Source: a virus. Taken from it: a DNA stretch of 64,000 nucleotides. The translations under genes were made by a program, and so were the position numbers. Shown here one piece after another: positions 37,771-49,545 of the stretch (positions are counted from its first letter, which is position 1; each line of letters opens with the position of its first letter). Location of the stretch: positions 32,001 through 96,000 of the IMG/VR virus record IMGVR_UViG_3300033150_001569; one strand, written 5' to 3'. The notes under the pieces are model-generated. The model was not told the origin of the DNA. It worked only from the letters and a program-made list of their open reading frames with translations, and did not search any database.

Positions 37771-38346
37771 ATGTCTGAAGAAAAATCTTCAAAATGTTAT
37801 TTAATAGTAGATCCTCAAGATTATAAAAGATTATCTCAAAAAGGAGGTAATCGAAGAAAATTTTTACGTGTTTTAAATTTTCAATATATTCCAGCAGAAA
37901 TTATTAAAAGATTAGGTGGAACATATGCTGAAATTAAAATACCAGGTGCAGCAATACCAGTTCAACAATTTATTGCTAATAATCCTTATCAAGTACAAAT
38001 GACATTATTTTTTAATGGTTTAGGAGAAGATGAAAATAATTATAAAACAGAAAAACAAAAAGAAGATTTAAGAAATAATACATATGTAAAAGATAGAGTT
38101 GATTGGTTATTTACTTTTTGTAGTAGTCAAGGTGCTAATCAAGGACAAACTGTAAGATTAACTTTATTATGGGGAGAAACTAAATATATTTATGATGGTT
38201 CAGATTTAAGAGCAAATATACCAGGTTTTAAATGTATATTAAAAAGTGTACAAGTAAAAGAAGAACAATTTAGTCCTGTATCATTATATCCTATGAGAGC
38301 TACATGTGATATTGTTCTGGAATCAATTAAACAATTTCCATTTTAA
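37771..38346 (+). CDS. tube initiator/baseplate protein (CIS tube, Pvc7/Afp7-like)
   Basis: FQYIPAEI, YAEIKIPG, LLWG, PMRATCDIVL. Confidence 0.75.
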   Translation: MSEEKSSKCYLIVDPQDYKRLSQKGGNRRKFLRVLNFQYIPAEIIKRLGGTYAEIKIPGAAIPVQQFIANNPYQVQMTLFFNGLGEDENNYKTEKQKEDLRNNTYVKDRVDWLFTFCSSQGANQGQTVRLTLLWGETKYIYDGSDLRANIPGFKCILKSVQVKEEQFSPVSLYPMRATCDIVLESIKQFPF

Positions 38347-38355
38347 GGAGATAAT

Positions 38356-38661
38356 ATGCCTGTTTTTAAAGGTTCTAGATATGATCGTTCTAATATTATT
38401 TCTATTGAAAATGAAGAAGGAATTACAAAATTAGATGTTGATAAAGGAAAAGAATATTCAATAGAAGATTTAGAAGATGATGATTATATTATTCATAAAG
38501 TTGGTCCAGGAGAAACATTAGAATCTATTGTTTATAAATATACTGGAAATTCTTCTTATTATTATATTATTGCTCAAATTAATGATATATATGACCCATT
38601 TGAATCTATTGAAGGAAAAGATTTAATAATACCTTCTGAAAATTTTTTTAATAATATTTAA
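38356..38661 (+). CDS. LysM/gpX-like baseplate protein
   Basis: GSRY; HKVGPGETLESIVYKYTG...IAQIN..GKDLIIP. Confidence 0.85.
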   Translation: MPVFKGSRYDRSNIISIENEEGITKLDVDKGKEYSIEDLEDDDYIIHKVGPGETLESIVYKYTGNSSYYYIIAQINDIYDPFESIEGKDLIIPSENFFNNI

Positions 38662-38663
38662 TT

Positions 38664-40685
38664 ATGCCAAATACTATAAAATCTAAAAAAGAAAAATATA
38701 TAAGAGATCAAGAAACACAAATAGGTAAACTACCACCAAATTATGCTCCTACTGAAAAAGTTATAATTGATCGTGTTAGATTATTAGAAGATAAAGTTAA
38801 AGTTCTAAAAAAAGAATTAGAACCACAACCACATTGGACAGAAGGACAACAAATATCTTATTTGGAAAGAATAGATCCTTGGGTAGCAAAAGAATATCAA
38901 ACTACTATTAAAGAATATGAAGATTTAACAAATTTTTATAAAGACAAAAATGAATTAAAAAATTTAAAATTAGATATTGATAGATTTAAACCTAAAGTAT
39001 GGATAACTTTAAATGGTAAAAATATACAAAAATTTAATAAAATAGCTCCTGATTTTATTGATAGAATAGTTGTAAAAGAAAATGATGGAGGAGCAACTGA
39101 TTCAAAATCTAAAATGGGAACAGTTGAAATAACATTTAAAAATCCTTTAATAAATAAAGGAAACAAACAAAAATATGCTTTTGAAGGATTTAAACCATTT
39201 TTAACAAAAGCACAAGAAGGAGAAATATCAAAAGAAATTAAATCATATGATTATTTAGAAATTATTATTGGTTATGATAATGAAAAAAGAAATTTTGGTA
39301 AATTTTATGTTGATAGACCTAAATTAAATTTTGCTGAAACAAATGCTCCTACAATAATATTAAAAGGTATTACTTATGAAGAAAATCTTAATACAGGAGA
39401 AAAATATAGAGTTTGGTGGGATAAAACACCAGAAGATATAGTTAATCAAATTGCAAAAGAAGCGAATTTATCTGTAAATATTGAACCAACTGGAATACCA
39501 AGAAAAACTATTGTTCAAAATACAAGTGATTATTTATTTCTTAAAAAAATAGCTTACAATTTAGGTTATTTATTATATATTGAAAGAAATATTTTATATT
39601 TTCATTCAATTGGAAATACTGATCCAGCATTAAGAGGTAAAAAATTTAATGGATATAAATTAGAATATAGACCAAATTCTAAAGGAACATTAAGTTCTTT
39701 TAGAATAAATTCATTTGAATCTAAAAAATTTGAAGAAATAATTGGTACTACTATAAATGATACTGGTAGATTAACTGAACCAAAAAAATATGATGTTACT
39801 AAAACTCAAGATCCGTTATCATTAATTCAAAATAAAAATAATATTTCTAGTTTTGATTTTGAAAAAGAAACTAGAAAAACTGAATTAACTGGTTTTACTA
39901 AAAATGATGAAAAAATAAAAGATACTAATAAAATAAAAGAAAAATATGAAACAATTTCTAATGATGAATTAGCAACAAAATATAAATTATTATTTGGAGA
40001 AGATTCTACTATTCCTGAAATTGATAATTTAGGTCTTTTAACTTATAAAACAAGACAATGGTATGTTGATCAAATAACTAAATATGAAGCAGGAGAATTA
40101 TCTGAAAATGAATTTGCAGTTACAAATTTAATAGCAAGACAAGAAATTCAGAAAAGATTAATTGTTGGTATTTATGATGGTAAAGATATTGTAATTCCAG
40201 GTACTGATTGGTATCAAATACCTGCTGAAGCTTATATACCAGGAATGGTATCATTTCAAAAAAGAATATCTTATGCTGAAGCAATTAAAAATGAAGAAGA
40301 ATTAAATAAATTATTAAAAGCAAAAGCAATTCAAAAAAGATTTGCTGTTAAAGCAACTGGTAAAACTATAGGATTACCAAATTTAAAACCTAGAAATATT
40401 GTTGATATATCTGGAACAGGAGATTTTGATCAATATTATTATATAACTGATATAACACATACTTTTGATCAAAGTGGTTATAATATTTCTTTTGATTGTG
40501 TTTCTGTTGGAAGAAAAATTCCTGTAATTGAAGTTGATGAAATATTAAATAATCAAGATTTAAATGAAGTTGAATTAGAAGAAGAAATATTTGTCTTTGA
40601 AAAAGAAACTAAAACGACAAAATTAAAAAATTATGAAACTAAAGAAGAAGTTGAAGAAAGAAAGAAGAGACAAAAGGAAAAATAA
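38664..40685 (+). CDS. baseplate hub (gpD/gp27-like)
   Basis: SDYLFLKKIA, GKTIGLPNLKP, YYITDITHTF. Confidence 0.85.
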   Translation: MPNTIKSKKEKYIRDQETQIGKLPPNYAPTEKVIIDRVRLLEDKVKVLKKELEPQPHWTEGQQISYLERIDPWVAKEYQTTIKEYEDLTNFYKDKNELKNLKLDIDRFKPKVWITLNGKNIQKFNKIAPDFIDRIVVKENDGGATDSKSKMGTVEITFKNPLINKGNKQKYAFEGFKPFLTKAQEGEISKEIKSYDYLEIIIGYDNEKRNFGKFYVDRPKLNFAETNAPTIILKGITYEENLNTGEKYRVWWDKTPEDIVNQIAKEANLSVNIEPTGIPRKTIVQNTSDYLFLKKIAYNLGYLLYIERNILYFHSIGNTDPALRGKKFNGYKLEYRPNSKGTLSSFRINSFESKKFEEIIGTTINDTGRLTEPKKYDVTKTQDPLSLIQNKNNISSFDFEKETRKTELTGFTKNDEKIKDTNKIKEKYETISNDELATKYKLLFGEDSTIPEIDNLGLLTYKTRQWYVDQITKYEAGELSENEFAVTNLIARQEIQKRLIVGIYDGKDIVIPGTDWYQIPAEAYIPGMVSFQKRISYAEAIKNEEELNKLLKAKAIQKRFAVKATGKTIGLPNLKPRNIVDISGTGDFDQYYYITDITHTFDQSGYNISFDCVSVGRKIPVIEVDEILNNQDLNEVELEEEIFVFEKETKTTKLKNYETKEEVEERKKRQKEK

Positions 40686-40688
40686 ATA

Positions 40689-42098
40689 ATGGAAATATTT
40701 TTAGATAAAGATAGAATATTTGGTAAAACTAGAGGAAAGGTTATATCAAATAAAGATCCTCAAAAAATGGGAAGAATATTATTTATAGTTCCTGAGTTAA
40801 TGGGTTCTACTATAATGCCGTGGGCAAAACCTGTTAATAATCAAGGTAGATTACCTAATATTGGTGAAGATGTTTGGATAGAATTTGAAAGAGGAGATAT
40901 TAATTTTCCTATATATTCTGGTGAATGGGCAACAACAGAAGAAGGTACAAATCCAGTTCCTGATTTAGCAAAAGGATTACCTGATGAAACAGCACAAGGC
41001 AATATGGATCAAGGTTCTAAAGGTTTTGATAGAATGCCAATCCAAGGATCTGAAACATTATTTTTTGATGAACCTTATAGTGGATTTGGAGCAGAATATT
41101 CACATAATAGAATTATTAAAACTAAAAGTGGAAATCTTTTGGAAATAGATGATACACCAGATAATGAAAGAATTCATATTTATCATCGTAGAGGTTCTTT
41201 TTTAGAATATAAATCTGATGGAAGTTGTATTAAAAAAACAAGAGGTCGTGAACATTCTATAATTGAAGCAAATCATATCCAACATATTCATGAAAATGAA
41301 TATAAATCTATTGATCTTAATTCTAGATATCAAATTACTAAAAATAGAAGTGTTACTGTAGGAAATGATTATAAAAAAGAAATAGGTGGAGAAACAACTG
41401 AAATATATAAAAGTTCAACAAATAGATCATATAAAGGTAGAGTTGATAGTGAATATAATGGTGATATTAATAAAACTGTTTATGGAAGTGAGAGAAAAAC
41501 TATAGGTGGACCAAAATTAGAAGTAATAATGGAAAATAAAGATGCTACTGTTGTTGGAAGAAAATCAACTGTTATAACTAATTTAAATATTGATGATGAA
41601 GCAGAATTAAAAACAATTTTAATAGGAAATTTATATCAAAAATTAGTAGCAGGAGATAAAGAATTATTAATATTATTAGGAGATGTACTTAAAAAAATAT
41701 TAATTGGTAATTTAAAATATAATATCCAAATAGGAGATATGGAATTTAAAGTAGGAACTGGAGATATAGAAATATCTACATCTGCTGATGGATTTTTAGA
41801 TTTAGGTGAAATAACTATTAAAAATCAAGATAATAAAATTAAACTTTATAAAAATGGTAAAACTGAAATAATTACAAAAAATATAATTAATCTTATTTCT
41901 GATTTAATAAATATTAAAAAAGATGGAGAATCTGTTGAACCAATGGTTTTAGGTAATAAAATATTTGCTCAAATAGCTCATATTGTTCAAATGTTTTTAA
42001 ATCATCAACATACACATCCTTATGGTCCAACTACTGGTTTAATTGGTTCTATGCAAAATTTTGATGATTATAGAAGTGCAACTAATAATGTTTCTTAA
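40689..42098 (+). CDS. baseplate spike (gpV/gp5 OB fold plus beta-helix)
   Basis: RGKVISNKDP..GRI, WA, VWIEFERGD..P, EIDDTPDNERIHIYH, C-terminal HQHTH metal site. Confidence 0.9.
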   Translation: MEIFLDKDRIFGKTRGKVISNKDPQKMGRILFIVPELMGSTIMPWAKPVNNQGRLPNIGEDVWIEFERGDINFPIYSGEWATTEEGTNPVPDLAKGLPDETAQGNMDQGSKGFDRMPIQGSETLFFDEPYSGFGAEYSHNRIIKTKSGNLLEIDDTPDNERIHIYHRRGSFLEYKSDGSCIKKTRGREHSIIEANHIQHIHENEYKSIDLNSRYQITKNRSVTVGNDYKKEIGGETTEIYKSSTNRSYKGRVDSEYNGDINKTVYGSERKTIGGPKLEVIMENKDATVVGRKSTVITNLNIDDEAELKTILIGNLYQKLVAGDKELLILLGDVLKKILIGNLKYNIQIGDMEFKVGTGDIEISTSADGFLDLGEITIKNQDNKIKLYKNGKTEIITKNIINLISDLINIKKDGESVEPMVLGNKIFAQIAHIVQMFLNHQHTHPYGPTTGLIGSMQNFDDYRSATNNVS

Positions 42099-42110
42099 AA
42101 GGTCTATAAA

Positions 42111-43283
42111 ATGGCAAAATCTATAACAGATTTTTTTGGAAAAGTTATAAAAGATCATGTAAAAGATGGACTTGGAAGACCTATGCAAAATGGTAGTGCA
42201 GATGGAAGTTATCAAAATATTGCTGCTAGTGAATTGTGGTCGCAAATAAAACTTGCTAATGCAATGGAGAATCAATGGGTTAATTTTTGTAATAGTATGA
42301 AAAATAGTGATGGAAATTCAATTATTCCTCCAACAACAGTTACATATACATATGGTGGAAATAAAATTACCAATCCTGGAATTGAATATGAAATTGAATG
42401 GGGTTTAAAAGTTATTAAAAGTGGAATAGCAATTCCTTTTTACTGGATTAAATATAAATCAAATATAGATTTAAGTTCTGCTTCTAAAGATGATATTTGG
42501 ATTTGTGATAGAGGACATGAATATTTAGTAGAACAAGTTAATAATTTTGAAAATAAAATTTTAATAGCAGGACCAATTTCAAAAATTGATGGAACTTCTG
42601 GTGGTGGTCATATTAAAAGTGGAGATCAAGGAAAAATATCTAAATCTTTTCATGGTGGTACTCCAAGTGGTGAAACTCAAGAATTTGATGCAACAGGTTC
42701 TAGTGGAACTTTTAAATTAGGAGAAATGATAACAGGTTCTCCTAGTGGTGCTACTGGAAAAGTTCTTGATAGTGATGGATTAACAAAAGGATATTTTAAA
42801 AGTAATCCACAACATATACCTTATAGTATAGGTCCACCAATTGTTTTAGAACATTGGAAAGTTGAATTAACAGATGTATCACATTTATCAGTTGGAGTTC
42901 CTGTTATATTTGAAGATTATAATGGTCAAACATTAGAAACTATATTATTTAATATTGGTGGTGATACTGTTAAAACATATGATAATATTTCAGGATTTTC
43001 AAGAAATACACCTTCTTGGGTAAAACTTAAAAATCCAACAGATATTGCTACTTTTTTAAATATTGAACTTCAAGGAACAACTAAATTTTTAGTTGGAGAT
43101 ATTGTAACTGGAGATGAATCTGGAACTACTACAATTTTACAAACTGATAATACTGATTATTCAGAAAATAAAAGTAATCCAGAACATATTCAAGCATTAT
43201 TAAATATATTAAAAGCAGTATCTCCTCAATGTATATGCATAATTGGTCCTAGTAGTGTTCCATTACCTTTAATAGTTACATAA
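42111..43283 (+). CDS. hypothetical baseplate/virion protein
   Basis: Two F..GE/D..TG..SG.T motifs typical of virion beta domains. Confidence 0.6.
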   Translation: MAKSITDFFGKVIKDHVKDGLGRPMQNGSADGSYQNIAASELWSQIKLANAMENQWVNFCNSMKNSDGNSIIPPTTVTYTYGGNKITNPGIEYEIEWGLKVIKSGIAIPFYWIKYKSNIDLSSASKDDIWICDRGHEYLVEQVNNFENKILIAGPISKIDGTSGGGHIKSGDQGKISKSFHGGTPSGETQEFDATGSSGTFKLGEMITGSPSGATGKVLDSDGLTKGYFKSNPQHIPYSIGPPIVLEHWKVELTDVSHLSVGVPVIFEDYNGQTLETILFNIGGDTVKTYDNISGFSRNTPSWVKLKNPTDIATFLNIELQGTTKFLVGDIVTGDESGTTTILQTDNTDYSENKSNPEHIQALLNILKAVSPQCICIIGPSSVPLPLIVT

Positions 43284-43284
43284 A

Positions 43285-43569
43285 ATGATAATAAGAGAAA
43301 AAATTGAAAAATTATTATATGAAAATAATTCTAATAGTTTAAGTAAATGGTATTGTTTTAAATCAATAAGAGAAATACCTTTATTTAGAATGTTTGAATT
43401 TGCAATATTAATGATTAATTTAGAAATTGAAAAATTAACATATAAAATAAGATATTATTTACAAGATTGTTTTATTATTAAAAAACAAATTAATCAAAAT
43501 AATAAAAAAGAAAAATTAATAGAAAAAAGAAAAAATATACTTTTAAAATATTTTAAAGGAAATAAATAA
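43285..43569 (+). CDS. hypothetical protein
   Basis: 94-aa ORF. Confidence 0.5.
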   Translation: MIIREKIEKLLYENNSNSLSKWYCFKSIREIPLFRMFEFAILMINLEIEKLTYKIRYYLQDCFIIKKQINQNNKKEKLIEKRKNILLKYFKGNK

Positions 43570-43571
43570 TA

Positions 43572-46500
43572 ATGGCAAGAGAAGTTGATCTTACAAATGA
43601 TCAAAGAATAGAAAATATAGAAACAAGATATCGTAAAGAAAAAGGTCTTAAATTTGATAATACTCCTGGAAAATGGTTAGGAGCATCTATTGGTCAATTT
43701 TTACCTGTTGAACAAATTCTTAATTTTATTAAAGGAGTAGAGAAAGCAATTGCTCCATTAATCTTAGTATTAAATTTAACAGCAGGAGTTTTAAATAAAG
43801 CAAAAATATTTCTTAAAACGTTTCCTAATTTAACAGCATTAATAATTAAAATAGCATTATATCCTATAGTTAGATTTCTAGAAGATCTCAAAAATACTAA
43901 AGTATCAATGTTAATTATTAGTCCAAAATTAGGACCAATGAGCATTAAAAAAGCATTTACTGTATTAGAAAATAGTTTTTATGATAAAGCAGATCCTGAA
44001 AGACCTATACCTAAAACTGGTTTATTAGGTGGATTAATAATATTAGGTTATTTTCCAACATTATCAGCATTTACAAGATTTGGTAATACTATTGCAAAAT
44101 TTTTAAATCAACCTACTTTTGGTAATTTTGATAAAGTTAAATTAAAAAGTCCATTTGCAACTGCAACAGTAATAGATATGGCAAAAATTGATCATACTAC
44201 TAGAGATTCTGGTAATGATTCTTTATATAGTAATGAATTAAAATGGCAAGGAGATAATTCAAAAAAAGTTGTTAATTATAAACAATATATAGCAGATGCA
44301 AGAGGTGGAAGTGTATTTATAAATCCTAATTTTGATATAATTATTAGCACTAGTAATTTTTCATTTCCAGAGAAAGGTCTTTTAAAAGTAACACAAGGTT
44401 TAGATAAACCATATTATATACCTTATAATGGTAGAGCAGTTGTTTTAAATAATAATAGAATAGTACCAATTCATTTTAAATTTGATGATAAACAAGATAT
44501 TAAATATTATGCATTTATTAATTGTGAAATTCCACAAAATATTTATAAAATAACAGAAGTTTCAGATGATATTCAAACAACAAATAATGATAAAAATTAT
44601 AAAATAATTCATGATGTTGAATTTAGAAAAATAGAAATAAAAGGAAAAAAGAAAAGTAATTTTATTGATTCAATATCAGAATCATACGAAAACTTTTTAT
44701 CATTTGATACACAAGATATTATAGGAGATTTAATTGAACCAGATAAATCACAATATAATAGAAAAATTAATATTACAGATAAAAGAACGTTAAATATTAA
44801 TTATTCAGGTAGAGAAAGTGAATTTTTAAAAATTACTTCTTTTATTTTAATAGATCAAGAAACAGGAGAATATTTTGGTAAATTTTATAGAGATGAATTT
44901 GTAGTACCAGGTTCTCAAGTAGTTGATGATAAAGGTAATCTAACAATTTCTTATATTTTAACAGATATACCAAGTTCAATAAGAAAAGTATTAGTAATAG
45001 CATATATGAATATATTTGAAGATACTGATGAATTAGAAGAAATAACTAAATTTATAACAAGAATAACTAAAAAACATAGATTTGAAATAAAAGGAGCATT
45101 TTTAGAACCAGGAACTTTTCCATTTCAAGGTACTGCTCCAGATTGGTATAGTATAGGTTTAACTGATTTAATTAGACCATTAAAATATGTATTTAGATAT
45201 TTTTCTCAATTTATAGATTGGTTATCTAAATATTCATTTGATGTTACTGATATATTAATTAAAGGAATAGAAGTATTAGAACATAATGTTAAAACTTTAA
45301 AAGAAACATTAGATTCAATTAATTATATGTTAACCGAATATTTCACTTTTGAAATATTAAATACTAGAGCAAATTTTCTTTTATTAGATCCAAAATTAGG
45401 AGGAGTTCCTAATTTTATGTATAGAATAAGAAATAGTACTGGTTTAGAAACATTTGGTGCTAAAGATAATTATCAAGAATTAGATAAATATAGATTTACT
45501 GAAAATGAACAAGAATATTTGAAAAAATTTACTGTATCAGGTGGTCAAACACAAAGTTTAGTTAGTCTTGCTAATTCTGGTTATTTAAATAAAGAAGGAT
45601 ATACTTTTATAATAGCTTTATGTGTTACTTCAGGAAGAGATTATTCTGTATTTAGTAAATTTTTCCAATTTGCAGTTCAAGATACATGGAAAGATATTAG
45701 AAAAGTATTTAATGATAAATATTTAGAAGATCTTAAAAAAGGTTATAAAAGAGCATTTAATGGACAATATCCATTTGATAATACTAATTTAAATGATACA
45801 GATAGAAATAAATTAGAAGGAATTCTAGAACAAATAGAAAATAATAAAGAAGAAGCTGATGAACCAACTACATTACCAGAAGAAGTACCAGGAGATTTTG
45901 CAAGACCAACATATGATCCATATGGAACTATTAGTAGTCCTGGAGAAGCAAATGATGTTTTAAATACAGGACAAGGTAAAGATGGTAAATTAATTTCTGA
46001 TACTAATTATAGAGAACTTTATGAATTAGATGATGGTACTAAATGGGATATTATTAAAAATGGTGATAATGATTTAGGTAGAATTAATCTTGATAGTAAT
46101 GCTGGATTAATTGATGGAAATTTATTAACTTCTCCTCCTTTTGGAAGATATATTGATGGTTTATTTGATCAATTTAATAGATTATATATTATAACAGAAT
46201 TTGGTCTTGCTAGATATGATTATCAAAATTGGTATGGATTTATAGATTTAAATGGATTTTTAAATCCTAATCCTACATCTATTATTAGAGATCATAATAA
46301 TAAAATATGGATAGGAACTAAATTTGGTATATCTTGTTATGATCCTGGAAAAAATTGGATCAACTATAGTAAATATCAACCTATATATGATTTAGAAAAT
46401 AATCAATATACTTATAATAATAATTTTAAAAATATAATTGTTAAAACAATAGTTACAAATGAAACAATAGAAAATATTCAATCATTTCCTATTAAAAAAA

Positions 46501-47891
46501 TTAAAAAATTAAATAAATCTTTTATTAATAAAGAAGATTTAACATATTATCCAGAATCTTTTGAAATTAATTGTTTATATTTTGATTCAAATAATAAAAT
46601 TTTAGTAGGTACTAATAATGGATTAATTAAAATTGATCCTGATACATTTGATATTGAAAAAGTTTTAGTTAAAGAATTAGAAACAGATTTTAATAATTAT
46701 GATATAACTTCAATTACTGAATCTGATAATTATATATGGGCAACTACAATTGATTCTGGTTTATTTAAAATAGATAAAACTAATTATAATAATGTAACAC
46801 AATTTAAAAGAAATGACACATTTATTGCTAGTAATAATTTAACAAGTGTTGTTATAAAAGAAAATGATGATATTTTTATTGGTAATGCTTTTGATGGATT
46901 AAATTTTTATGATGAATCTGGTAATGATTGGGATATAATTAATAATCAAGTATTTATTGAAGGATCAAATATTGAACCATTTTTTATAAATTCAAATAAT
47001 AATAAATTAAAAATTAATATTAAAGATAAAATTTATGAATTAACAATAAATAATACATTAATTAATTCTTCTAGTACTGGTGAAATTCTTTCTTCATTAA
47101 ATGAATTTAAAGATATAAATTTTACTTTTGTTAATAATCATATTAATAAATATATTAAAATAACTAATGCAGTTGATCCTTTAAATATTACTTATAAAAA
47201 AATATTAGAAATAATTGATTCAAATACAGTATTAATAGATAGTAGTTTAAATAGTGCTGAAGCAGGAATTACTTATGAATTACATAATGCTAGTGCTGAA
47301 AAAATATCTCAGGATATTAATAATGCTGCTGGTGCTAATAATGATAATGCTAAAATTGATTTATCATTAATTACTAAAGCAAATGATAAAGGACAAATAG
47401 TATTTGTAAGAGAAAAACAAAATTTTGAATTATTTAAATTAATAAGTACAACAAATTCTATATATTCAACAATTGGTATAAATGTTGGAACTGAAAGAGA
47501 ATTTAATTATCCTAAAATAGTAAGTAATAGATTAGTAACAATGACTTTTTATAATAAAAAAGAAGAATTATTGGTAGGAACTTTTAATACTGGATTTTTT
47601 AAAAAAGATAAAAATGATAATTATTATAATTATACACCAATAAATAGTTATTTACCAGAAATATATGTTAATAAAATTTTAGTTGATGCTTCTGGAAGTA
47701 AATGGATTATAACTAATTATTTTATAACTAAATTTGTTGATAAAACAAGTGATCAAATTGAAATTAAAATTAATGATACTTCTAAAGTTGTTGATTGTAA
47801 AGTTGATGATTATCAAATAGAAATTAAACAAAGTACTGATGATATAGATATAGAAATTGATAATAACGATTTAGATTATGATATATTTTAA
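43572..47891 (+). CDS. large baseplate-region protein with C-terminal beta-propeller (Reg_prop-like) repeats
   Basis: Repeated D..N.IWIGT..G / ILVGTNNGL / LVGTFNTG blades; helical N-terminus. Confidence 0.65.
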   Translation: MAREVDLTNDQRIENIETRYRKEKGLKFDNTPGKWLGASIGQFLPVEQILNFIKGVEKAIAPLILVLNLTAGVLNKAKIFLKTFPNLTALIIKIALYPIVRFLEDLKNTKVSMLIISPKLGPMSIKKAFTVLENSFYDKADPERPIPKTGLLGGLIILGYFPTLSAFTRFGNTIAKFLNQPTFGNFDKVKLKSPFATATVIDMAKIDHTTRDSGNDSLYSNELKWQGDNSKKVVNYKQYIADARGGSVFINPNFDIIISTSNFSFPEKGLLKVTQGLDKPYYIPYNGRAVVLNNNRIVPIHFKFDDKQDIKYYAFINCEIPQNIYKITEVSDDIQTTNNDKNYKIIHDVEFRKIEIKGKKKSNFIDSISESYENFLSFDTQDIIGDLIEPDKSQYNRKINITDKRTLNINYSGRESEFLKITSFILIDQETGEYFGKFYRDEFVVPGSQVVDDKGNLTISYILTDIPSSIRKVLVIAYMNIFEDTDELEEITKFITRITKKHRFEIKGAFLEPGTFPFQGTAPDWYSIGLTDLIRPLKYVFRYFSQFIDWLSKYSFDVTDILIKGIEVLEHNVKTLKETLDSINYMLTEYFTFEILNTRANFLLLDPKLGGVPNFMYRIRNSTGLETFGAKDNYQELDKYRFTENEQEYLKKFTVSGGQTQSLVSLANSGYLNKEGYTFIIALCVTSGRDYSVFSKFFQFAVQDTWKDIRKVFNDKYLEDLKKGYKRAFNGQYPFDNTNLNDTDRNKLEGILEQIENNKEEADEPTTLPEEVPGDFARPTYDPYGTISSPGEANDVLNTGQGKDGKLISDTNYRELYELDDGTKWDIIKNGDNDLGRINLDSNAGLIDGNLLTSPPFGRYIDGLFDQFNRLYIITEFGLARYDYQNWYGFIDLNGFLNPNPTSIIRDHNNKIWIGTKFGISCYDPGKNWINYSKYQPIYDLENNQYTYNNNFKNIIVKTIVTNETIENIQSFPIKKIKKLNKSFINKEDLTYYPESFEINCLYFDSNNKILVGTNNGLIKIDPDTFDIEKVLVKELETDFNNYDITSITESDNYIWATTIDSGLFKIDKTNYNNVTQFKRNDTFIASNNLTSVVIKENDDIFIGNAFDGLNFYDESGNDWDIINNQVFIEGSNIEPFFINSNNNKLKINIKDKIYELTINNTLINSSSTGEILSSLNEFKDINFTFVNNHINKYIKITNAVDPLNITYKKILEIIDSNTVLIDSSLNSAEAGITYELHNASAEKISQDINNAAGANNDNAKIDLSLITKANDKGQIVFVREKQNFELFKLISTTNSIYSTIGINVGTEREFNYPKIVSNRLVTMTFYNKKEELLVGTFNTGFFKKDKNDNYYNYTPINSYLPEIYVNKILVDASGSKWIITNYFITKFVDKTSDQIEIKINDTSKVVDCKVDDYQIEIKQSTDDIDIEIDNNDLDYDIF

Positions 47892-47903
47892 AGGAGAAAT
47901 AAA

Positions 47904-48953
47904 ATGGAATTTAAAATTAAAAAGAAAGATAGATTACCAGATTTAGGAATAACAGCATATAAAGTAGGTACAAGTGATCCGCATAATTTTAATGATGATG
48001 GTACTATTTATGATAAAAAATTAGTTAATGGTGCAGAGATTTCTGATAAAAAACATGTATTTTTTATAATGAAAAAAACTCAAGTATCTTATACAGGTTC
48101 TTATCCATTAACTAGTGAAAGATTAAATCAAGGAGTTGAAACAGGAGATGAACCACTTAGTACTAGTGCTTATAATATTATATTAAGTATTGATAATTTT
48201 GATCCATTATTAATAGATGTAACAGGAGATGAAGGAGTAGGAGGTAATTATGAACCTTCTGATATAGTTGATAATATTAATGCTGCTTTTGCTAATTTAG
48301 ATACATCATTAGCTAATGTTGCTTCATTAACAACAGAAGGTTATTTAAAAATTACTTCTCCTTCTACTGGAATTAATAGTCGTGTAATAGTTCATAATAA
48401 TCCTGGTGAAGTTAGTAAAAATGCTACTGAAATTTTATTTGATGTTGAAGAAGATAGTGGTACTGTTTATTCTCAAGATGATATTCCTGTTAATCCTAAT
48501 TTATTTGGACATGAAGGAATTAATGCTGAAATAGTAAGTGATGATCCTAGTCTTGGTAAATTAAAATATAAATGGAATGTATTAGATACACAAAATGAAG
48601 GAATTTATATTGCAGAATTTAAAATAAAATATGTAATAGATATTACTTTAACAGGTAGTATTAAATTTTTTAATGGATCTAAAACATTAGAAGGTATTAA
48701 TGCTAAATTATTATCAGAAATTAAAAAAGGTGATTTTATTTCTGATGGTTCTAAATTATATATGATTAATAAAATAACAAATGATAATGCAGCAGTATTA
48801 GTTGATAATTATGATAGTGTTGATAAAACAGTTTCAACTCCTTCTGGTAAAGGATTCAAATTTCGATCATTTCCTAGTACTGATGATACTGAAAAGAAAT
48901 TATTTGTAAAAGTTGCTGATGATGTTGATAATGATGATGATTTTTATGAATAA
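47904..48953 (+). CDS. BppU-like virion protein with inserted beta domain
   Basis: FKIKKKDRLP N-terminus and GKLKYKW...DT...GIYIAEF motif. Confidence 0.6.
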   Translation: MEFKIKKKDRLPDLGITAYKVGTSDPHNFNDDGTIYDKKLVNGAEISDKKHVFFIMKKTQVSYTGSYPLTSERLNQGVETGDEPLSTSAYNIILSIDNFDPLLIDVTGDEGVGGNYEPSDIVDNINAAFANLDTSLANVASLTTEGYLKITSPSTGINSRVIVHNNPGEVSKNATEILFDVEEDSGTVYSQDDIPVNPNLFGHEGINAEIVSDDPSLGKLKYKWNVLDTQNEGIYIAEFKIKYVIDITLTGSIKFFNGSKTLEGINAKLLSEIKKGDFISDGSKLYMINKITNDNAAVLVDNYDSVDKTVSTPSGKGFKFRSFPSTDDTEKKLFVKVADDVDNDDDFYE

Positions 48954-48967
48954 AAATTGGAGGATTT

Positions 48968-49405
48968 GTGAAAACATTTTATGATAATTTAAATCATACT
49001 GATAAAGATATTTTTCAATTTGTAATAAGTGATTTAGAACAGGATTATAATAATATTGAAATTAGAAAAATTAATCAATCTATATCTGATATGGAAAAAG
49101 AACTTAGAGATAAAAATAATCGTAGAAAAATACTTGAAAATCGTATTAATAATATTATATATCTTTTAAAAATTATTAATGAAGTTAAAAATCCTTCAGA
49201 TGAATTATTATTATTTAAAAATAATTTAATTGAAAATTTACAAATAACTCATGATGAAATACCTAAATGTAATGTACAGAAATTACATATTAGAATATTA
49301 GAACAAAAAAAATTATTAGAAAGATTTACTCAAATTAAAAAATTAATTAATAAATTTTTTAATAATAAAATTAATAATGATAAACAAGATAATAAAAAAA
49401 ATTAA
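48968..49405 (+). CDS. hypothetical coiled-coil protein, GTG start
   Basis: GGAGG SD. Confidence 0.6.
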   Translation: MKTFYDNLNHTDKDIFQFVISDLEQDYNNIEIRKINQSISDMEKELRDKNNRRKILENRINNIIYLLKIINEVKNPSDELLLFKNNLIENLQITHDEIPKCNVQKLHIRILEQKKLLERFTQIKKLINKFFNNKINNDKQDNKKN

Positions 49406-49535
49406 TAAAAGATTAAAAGAAATTAAAGAAATAAAAAAACATTGTGAAACTATAGGTGAAGATTGTAAAATTTGTAAAGTAGTTATTAAAGAATTAAATA
49501 ATATTTTAAATTATATTAAATTTTTTAAAAAATAA
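49377..49535 (+). CDS. small hypothetical protein (52 aa) with C-x6-C-x2-C
   Basis: MINKIIKK..HCETIGEDCKICK..; fills the gap before the gp25-like gene. Confidence 0.4.
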   Translation: MINKIIKKINKRLKEIKEIKKHCETIGEDCKICKVVIKELNNILNYIKFFKK

Positions 49536-49545
49536 GGATTAAATA